Assembly: GCA_963764165.1 (NCBI GenBank)
Contig: CAVXRD010000002.1
Coordinates: 2,752,001 to 2,816,000, forward strand
Length of the DNA: 64,000 nt
From: an uncultured Verrucomicrobiae bacterium
Lineage (GTDB): Bacteria; Verrucomicrobiota; Verrucomicrobiia; Limisphaerales; Palsa-1400
Reading direction: 5' to 3'
In this document: positions 59,636 to 64,000 of the stretch, one piece after another
Layout of the letters: each line of letters starts with the position of its first letter
Position numbering within the stretch: position 1 is the stretch's first letter
Translations under genes and position numbers: made by a program
The notes under the pieces: generated by a model
The model's input: the letters and a program-made list of their open reading frames with translations, nothing else
Told to the model about the DNA's origin: nothing
The model's database searches: none

Positions 59636-60907
59636 CTAGCGGTCGCACTCTCCCATCACGAAATCGATGGAGCCAAAAATCGCCACTGTATCGCTCATCA
59701 TGTGGCCTGGCAGCACATGCGGCAGAATGCTCAAATTGCAGAAAGACGGTGCGCGGATTTTCAGCCGATGCGGCGTGCCGCCACCCTTGCTGTGAATGTA
59801 AAAGCCCAGTTCGCCCTTCGGATTTTCCGCGCCAAAATAAACGTCGCCGGCCGGCACGTTCGGGCCTTCCGTCACCAATATAAATTGGTGAATCAATTCC
59901 TCCATGCTGGTCAGCACTTTGCGCTTGGTCGGCAAAGTGATTTTGCCATCCGGGATGCTGACGGGTTCCTTGGCCGCGTTGTCCGCGCCGCCGGGAATTT
60001 TGTCGAGGCACTGTTTCAAAAGCCGCACACTCTGCCGCATTTCCTCCATCCGCACCATGTAGCGATCATAGCAATCGCCGACGGAGCCGGTGGGAATCTC
60101 GAATTCCAATTGATCGTAAATGAGATACGGATGCGCCTTTCGCAAATCAAATTCCACCCCGCTCCCGCGAAGATTTGGGCCGGTCAAACCGTAATCGATG
60201 GCGTCCTCGCGCGAAATGTGGCCGATATCCCGCGTGCGATCCACGAAAATGCGGTTGCGCGTCAACAATTGTTCGGATTCCTCGATGTTCGCAGAAACTT
60301 CCTCGAGAAATTTCCGGCATTGCGAAACCCAGTCCGGCGGGAGATCGCGGGCCAATCCGCCAACGCGGGTATACGAAGTCGTAAAACGCGCCCCAGTGAG
60401 GGACTCGATCAAATTGTAAATCGTCTCGCGCTGTGTGAACGTGTAGAGGAACACCGTCAGCGCGCCCACGTCCATCGCAAAGGAGCCAAGCCCGAGCAAA
60501 TGCGCGGAAATGCGAGCCAACTCGCAGCAAATCACGCGAATATACTGGCAGCGTTGCGGAATGGCCTTCTCAATGCCCATCAATTTCTCCACCGCCATCA
60601 CGTAGGCCACGTTGTTCGACAGCGGCGCGAGATAATCCAATCGATCCGTGTACGGGATGAATTGGTTATAGGTCATGTTCTCGGCGATTTTTTCGTCGCC
60701 ACGATGCAGGTACCCAATGTCCGGTATGGCCTTGGTGATGATCTCGCCATCCAACTCCAGCACAATGCGCAACACGCCGTGGGTCGCGGGATGCGACGGC
60801 CCCATGTTCAGGATCATCTTGTCACCGTGGATGTCCTTCAATTCGTCGAGCGCCGCCGCCGCGCGGGCCGCTGGGTCTTTAATCGAAATGTCCAAAGCAG
60901 AACTCAT
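59636..60907 (-). CDS. nuoD: NADH-quinone oxidoreductase subunit D
   Basis: NMGPSHPATHGVLR, GYLHRG, ENPKGELG, GECDR. Confidence 0.96.
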   Translation of the reverse strand: MSSALDISIKDPAARAAAALDELKDIHGDKMILNMGPSHPATHGVLRIVLELDGEIITKAIPDIGYLHRGDEKIAENMTYNQFIPYTDRLDYLAPLSNNVAYVMAVEKLMGIEKAIPQRCQYIRVICCELARISAHLLGLGSFAMDVGALTVFLYTFTQRETIYNLIESLTGARFTTSYTRVGGLARDLPPDWVSQCRKFLEEVSANIEESEQLLTRNRIFVDRTRDIGHISREDAIDYGLTGPNLRGSGVEFDLRKAHPYLIYDQLEFEIPTGSVGDCYDRYMVRMEEMRQSVRLLKQCLDKIPGGADNAAKEPVSIPDGKITLPTKRKVLTSMEELIHQFILVTEGPNVPAGDVYFGAENPKGELGFYIHSKGGGTPHRLKIRAPSFCNLSILPHVLPGHMMSDTVAIFGSIDFVMGECDR

Positions 60908-60916
60908 GGAAAGAAA

Positions 60917-61594
60917 TTATTTGCCCTCCTTCTGGACGGCGCCGGGGCCGTGTGAATGGCCGTGCGCTTCCTTCACGTCGGGACGGCGTTCGAGTCGGGC
61001 ATTGGTCTCGACGTCATCAGTTTCCGGCAAGCGCACACGCGGTTCGCGCGCCGTGCTGGTAGAACCGCCGGCGATTGTGACGAACGGCCCACCTTCCAAT
61101 GGAGCCGGTTTGGTGAATGCGACTTCCGAAACCTCCGACGATTTGCCCGCCAGTGGAAAATCCTTCCGCAACGGGTAATACGGATATCCATCCCACATCA
61201 AAATGCGGCGCAAATCGGGATGATTGCGGAAGCGGATGCCCATCATGTCGAAAACCTCGCGCTCGTGCCAATCGGCGGCCCGCCACACACCTGTAACCGT
61301 CGGCAATTCGCATTTCTCTTCGCCTACATCGGTCTTGATCCGCAAATGGGAATGGTGGCTGTAACCGTAAAGATGGTAAACGACAGTGTAGCGCGGGTCG
61401 GTGCCGTAATTGTCCACGCTGCTGACATCCACCAGAAAATCGAAGCCAAGCTGCCGCTTCGCGTAATCGCACACCGCGGAAATCGCCTCGGCATCCGACA
61501 GAATCACGGTGATTTCGCCGCGAAATTCCGCTGGTTCGGCGATGATGTCGCCAAAACGGGATTTTAGTTGTTGCGCGAGTTCGAGTGCAGGCAT
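60917..61594 (-). CDS. nuoC: NADH-quinone oxidoreductase subunit C
   Basis: ADWHEREVFDMMGI, HPDLRRIL, PLRKDFP. Confidence 0.95.
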   Translation of the reverse strand: MPALELAQQLKSRFGDIIAEPAEFRGEITVILSDAEAISAVCDYAKRQLGFDFLVDVSSVDNYGTDPRYTVVYHLYGYSHHSHLRIKTDVGEEKCELPTVTGVWRAADWHEREVFDMMGIRFRNHPDLRRILMWDGYPYYPLRKDFPLAGKSSEVSEVAFTKPAPLEGGPFVTIAGGSTSTAREPRVRLPETDDVETNARLERRPDVKEAHGHSHGPGAVQKEGK

Positions 61595-61601
61595 GGGATG
61601 T

Positions 61602-62111
61602 TCACGCGGACCGCATTTGCAGGGAAAGCGCCGGTTCGCGGCTGACTTTGCCTTGCAGCTTGATTAATGCATCCAGCAGCGCCTCGGGGCGCGGCGGACA
61701 ACCGGCGACGTAAACATCCACCGGGATGATTCGGTCAACTCCCTGGAGCACCGCGTAACTGCGATACATGCCGCCTGTCGATGCGCAGGCTCCCATGGCG
61801 ATGACCCATTTGGGTTCGGCCATCTGATCGTAAATTCGTTTTACCGCCGTGGCCATTTTATATGTGACGGTGCCGGCGACGATCATGACGTCGGATTGGC
61901 GCGGTGAAAAGCGCATGACCTCCGCGCCGAAACGCGCGATGTCAAAGCGGCTGGCGCCCGCCGCCATCAATTCGATGGCGCAGCAGGCCAATCCCATGGG
62001 CATGGGCCAAAGCGAGTTTTTGCGGAACCAATTAATGGCCGCATCCAACTGCGTGTGAACCACATCCCCTTCCACCTTTGAATTATATCCGATTTCAGTC
62101 TTCGATTGCAT
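61602..62111 (-). CDS. nuoB: NADH-quinone oxidoreductase subunit B
   Basis: [27 protein letters not shown]. Confidence 0.96.
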   Translation of the reverse strand: MQSKTEIGYNSKVEGDVVHTQLDAAINWFRKNSLWPMPMGLACCAIELMAAGASRFDIARFGAEVMRFSPRQSDVMIVAGTVTYKMATAVKRIYDQMAEPKWVIAMGACASTGGMYRSYAVLQGVDRIIPVDVYVAGCPPRPEALLDALIKLQGKVSREPALSLQMRSA

Positions 62112-62453
62112 GGTGTGTCGAAACCCGAACCATATGGCGTACTAAACATCTGAACCATTAGCGAGGCAAGCACTTTGTGCTTTTTTTCACAAGGAAGGGT
62201 TATGGACCGGCATGGGATACCGCCGCCGGGCAGGGAAAAATCCGCTGCGCCCGCCATGGGCTCTGTATTAGAAGCATTTGGCCCTCCACGTCGGCGCCTG
62301 TCATACTGTCATACAGTACACTAAATTTATTGTCAATAATCCTTGCATTTTTCAGTAAATGTGCCAAAAATCCCGGCAGCAAGACTTCCTGCCGAAGCAG
62401 GCGGGAAGGCAATCAACCTCAATTAAAAAATTAGTTAGGAAAGTGAATCTGAA

Positions 62454-63188
62454 ATGAAAAAACTGATCGTATCTCTCATGTTTTCTGCAATCGCATTTGC
62501 CGGCTACAATGCCGCAGCTCAGACAATAATCCCCGAGGCCTTCAAATTTTCCGCCACTGTGGAAGCGCAACTGTCGAATACCTTCAACAACCCTACGTAT
62601 ACGACCACCCATAGCAGCACCGGCACAGGATCAAAGTTGACCACCGTTACCAACTACACGACCAATGCGGTGACTACTCTAACCAAGCCGGTCACCTTAA
62701 ACGACAACAAACTCGTCGAGATGTTGGCCTATTCGCTGTCGACGACGTTCGCGCGTGGCAGTTCTTTGGTTATCGATAGTTACTATAACATCTACGTCCT
62801 GAGCGGCACCAATTACACGAGTGTTTCCAGTGTGTTGACGATCACCCCCGAGAACATCTTGTATTCGGGAAAGGAAAAGGCTACCACAACTGTGACCACC
62901 AAAGGCACCAATGTCACGACTAAGTATTCAGGTGGAGAAGCCCTGACGGAAACGATTGCGGGCAAACTGACCTACGATGACTCCTCCCTGAAAACCAATG
63001 GTGTCACCACCTTCCATGTTTATGGAATTGCTAAGGCGGCGTATGACATTGTCGACGGCGCCACCAACATCACTACGGGCAATTTTAGTGTGACCGGCGG
63101 CGTCGGCACTGGCATCATTTCCAACACGCCGTCCATTCTGAGCGACGTCACTATCTCCGGCTCTTACAAGGTCAAAGAAGCCAACTAA
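62454..63188 (+). CDS. Secreted Thr-rich hypothetical protein
   Basis: Sec signal MKKLIVSL...AAA|Q; T/S/N/G-rich beta-type body; own terminator. Confidence 0.8.
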   Translation: MKKLIVSLMFSAIAFAGYNAAAQTIIPEAFKFSATVEAQLSNTFNNPTYTTTHSSTGTGSKLTTVTNYTTNAVTTLTKPVTLNDNKLVEMLAYSLSTTFARGSSLVIDSYYNIYVLSGTNYTSVSSVLTITPENILYSGKEKATTTVTTKGTNVTTKYSGGEALTETIAGKLTYDDSSLKTNGVTTFHVYGIAKAAYDIVDGATNITTGNFSVTGGVGTGIISNTPSILSDVTISGSYKVKEAN

Positions 63189-63217
63189 GCGGTTCTTAAA
63201 TTTAAACATATCCGACG

Positions 63218-63250
63218 ATTCGCCCGGTGCATAACCGGGCGAATTTTTTT
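63218..63250 (+). terminator. Rho-independent terminator
   Basis: ATTCGCCCGGT-gcata-ACCGGGCGAAT followed by a T run. Confidence 0.88.
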
Positions 63251-63399
63251 GGGGAACGAGTCTTCGTCCCTTTTCCCGCCACAGATCAGGGTCAATTTCC
63301 ACAGGCTCGATGGCGGCAGCTTCATCCCGCGAAAGTTCCGTCTGCTCCCCAGATAGGCGCCTCTGCAGCCCAATTCCCGGACCGCTCAGCGAATGGAAG

Positions 63400-63439
63400 C
63401 CAAAACGAACCGCCGGGGAATCCGCCCCAACGGCGGTTC
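63400..63439 (-). terminator. Probable terminator of yajQ
   Basis: GAACCGCCG...CGGCGGTTC stem just past the yajQ stop, followed by GTTTT on the minus strand. Confidence 0.55.
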
Positions 63440-63445
63440 CATTTT

Positions 63446-63931
63446 TTAATCGCGAAAATTTTCGAAGCTGAGTGAAACCGGGAATTCGTGGCCGCGAACC
63501 GCCGCGATCACCGATTGCAAATCATCCCGATTCTTTCCCGTGACGCGAATGGCGTCGCCTTGAATTTGCGTGGTGACTTTCAGTTTCGAGTCGCGAATAA
63601 AACTGGTTACCTGTTTGGCCGCCGCCTGTTCGATCCCTTGTTTGATTTTGATGACCTGGCGCGCGTGGCCGAGCGGCGAAATATCCGGCGGCATGGACTC
63701 AACGCTCTTCATGCTGATCTGGCGTTTGGCCAGGCGCGTGATGACCATTTCGTGCAGCGCGGTGATTTTGAATTGGTCGGTGGCGGAAAGTTTGATCTCG
63801 GTTTTCTCCAATATAATTTCCGCGTTGGCGCCCTTGAAATCGAAGCGGTTCGCCAATTCCTTTTTCGCCTGGTTGACCGCGTTCTCGATCTCCATCGAAT
63901 TCACCTGTGATACAATATCAAATGACGGCAT
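63446..63931 (-). CDS. yajQ: YajQ family nucleotide (c-di-GMP)-binding protein
   Basis: MPSFDIVS, RFDFKG, IQGDAIRVTGKNRDDLQ, NFRD. Confidence 0.95.
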   Translation of the reverse strand: MPSFDIVSQVNSMEIENAVNQAKKELANRFDFKGANAEIILEKTEIKLSATDQFKITALHEMVITRLAKRQISMKSVESMPPDISPLGHARQVIKIKQGIEQAAAKQVTSFIRDSKLKVTTQIQGDAIRVTGKNRDDLQSVIAAVRGHEFPVSLSFENFRD

Positions 63932-64000
63932 GGCAGTAATTTAATGAAGGACCGCGCGAAGACAATTCACTTTTCGGCCACAATTTTAAGGGGAAGCCAC

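Noticed and set aside
62298..62314. CTGTCATA direct repeat resembling a Pho box
   Set aside because: Period is 8 nt, not the 11 nt expected for PhoB sites

Overview
GC-rich bacterial chromosomal window; gene content and protein style suggest Verrucomicrobia of the Pedosphaera type (inference). Left end (+): alternative complex III operon (actA partial, actB-G), sco and an A2-type caa3 cytochrome c oxidase. Then ku, two small membrane-protein genes missed by the ORF track, a Gly-rich lipoprotein, DUF2950, a C-terminally short pyruvate kinase, a Zn-peptidase, an MlaA/VacJ-hydrolase fusion and a GH3 beta-glucosidase. Middle: mreBCD-mrdA-rodA-RNase E/G (-), a DUF5131 + TcmP gene pair, a Tat oxidoreductase, a frameshifted nucleotidyltransferase, a secreted Ig-like protein, HAD-Nudix/folB/Nudix, thiD, tricorn protease, DUF885 and a TPR protein. 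Right (-): nuoB-N without nuoA, interrupted by two coupled Uma2 nuclease genes (between nuoF and nuoG) and an antisense tRNA-Gln(CUG) with its own promoter (between nuoE and nuoF); then a secreted Thr-rich protein and yajQ. Several REP/REPIN-type repeat families are intergenic. Best candidates for undescribed biology: the DUF5131/TcmP module, the passengers in the nuo operon, a sigma-54 small-protein regulon and the HAD-Nudix fusion beside folB. All calls come from motif reading; no database searches were run.
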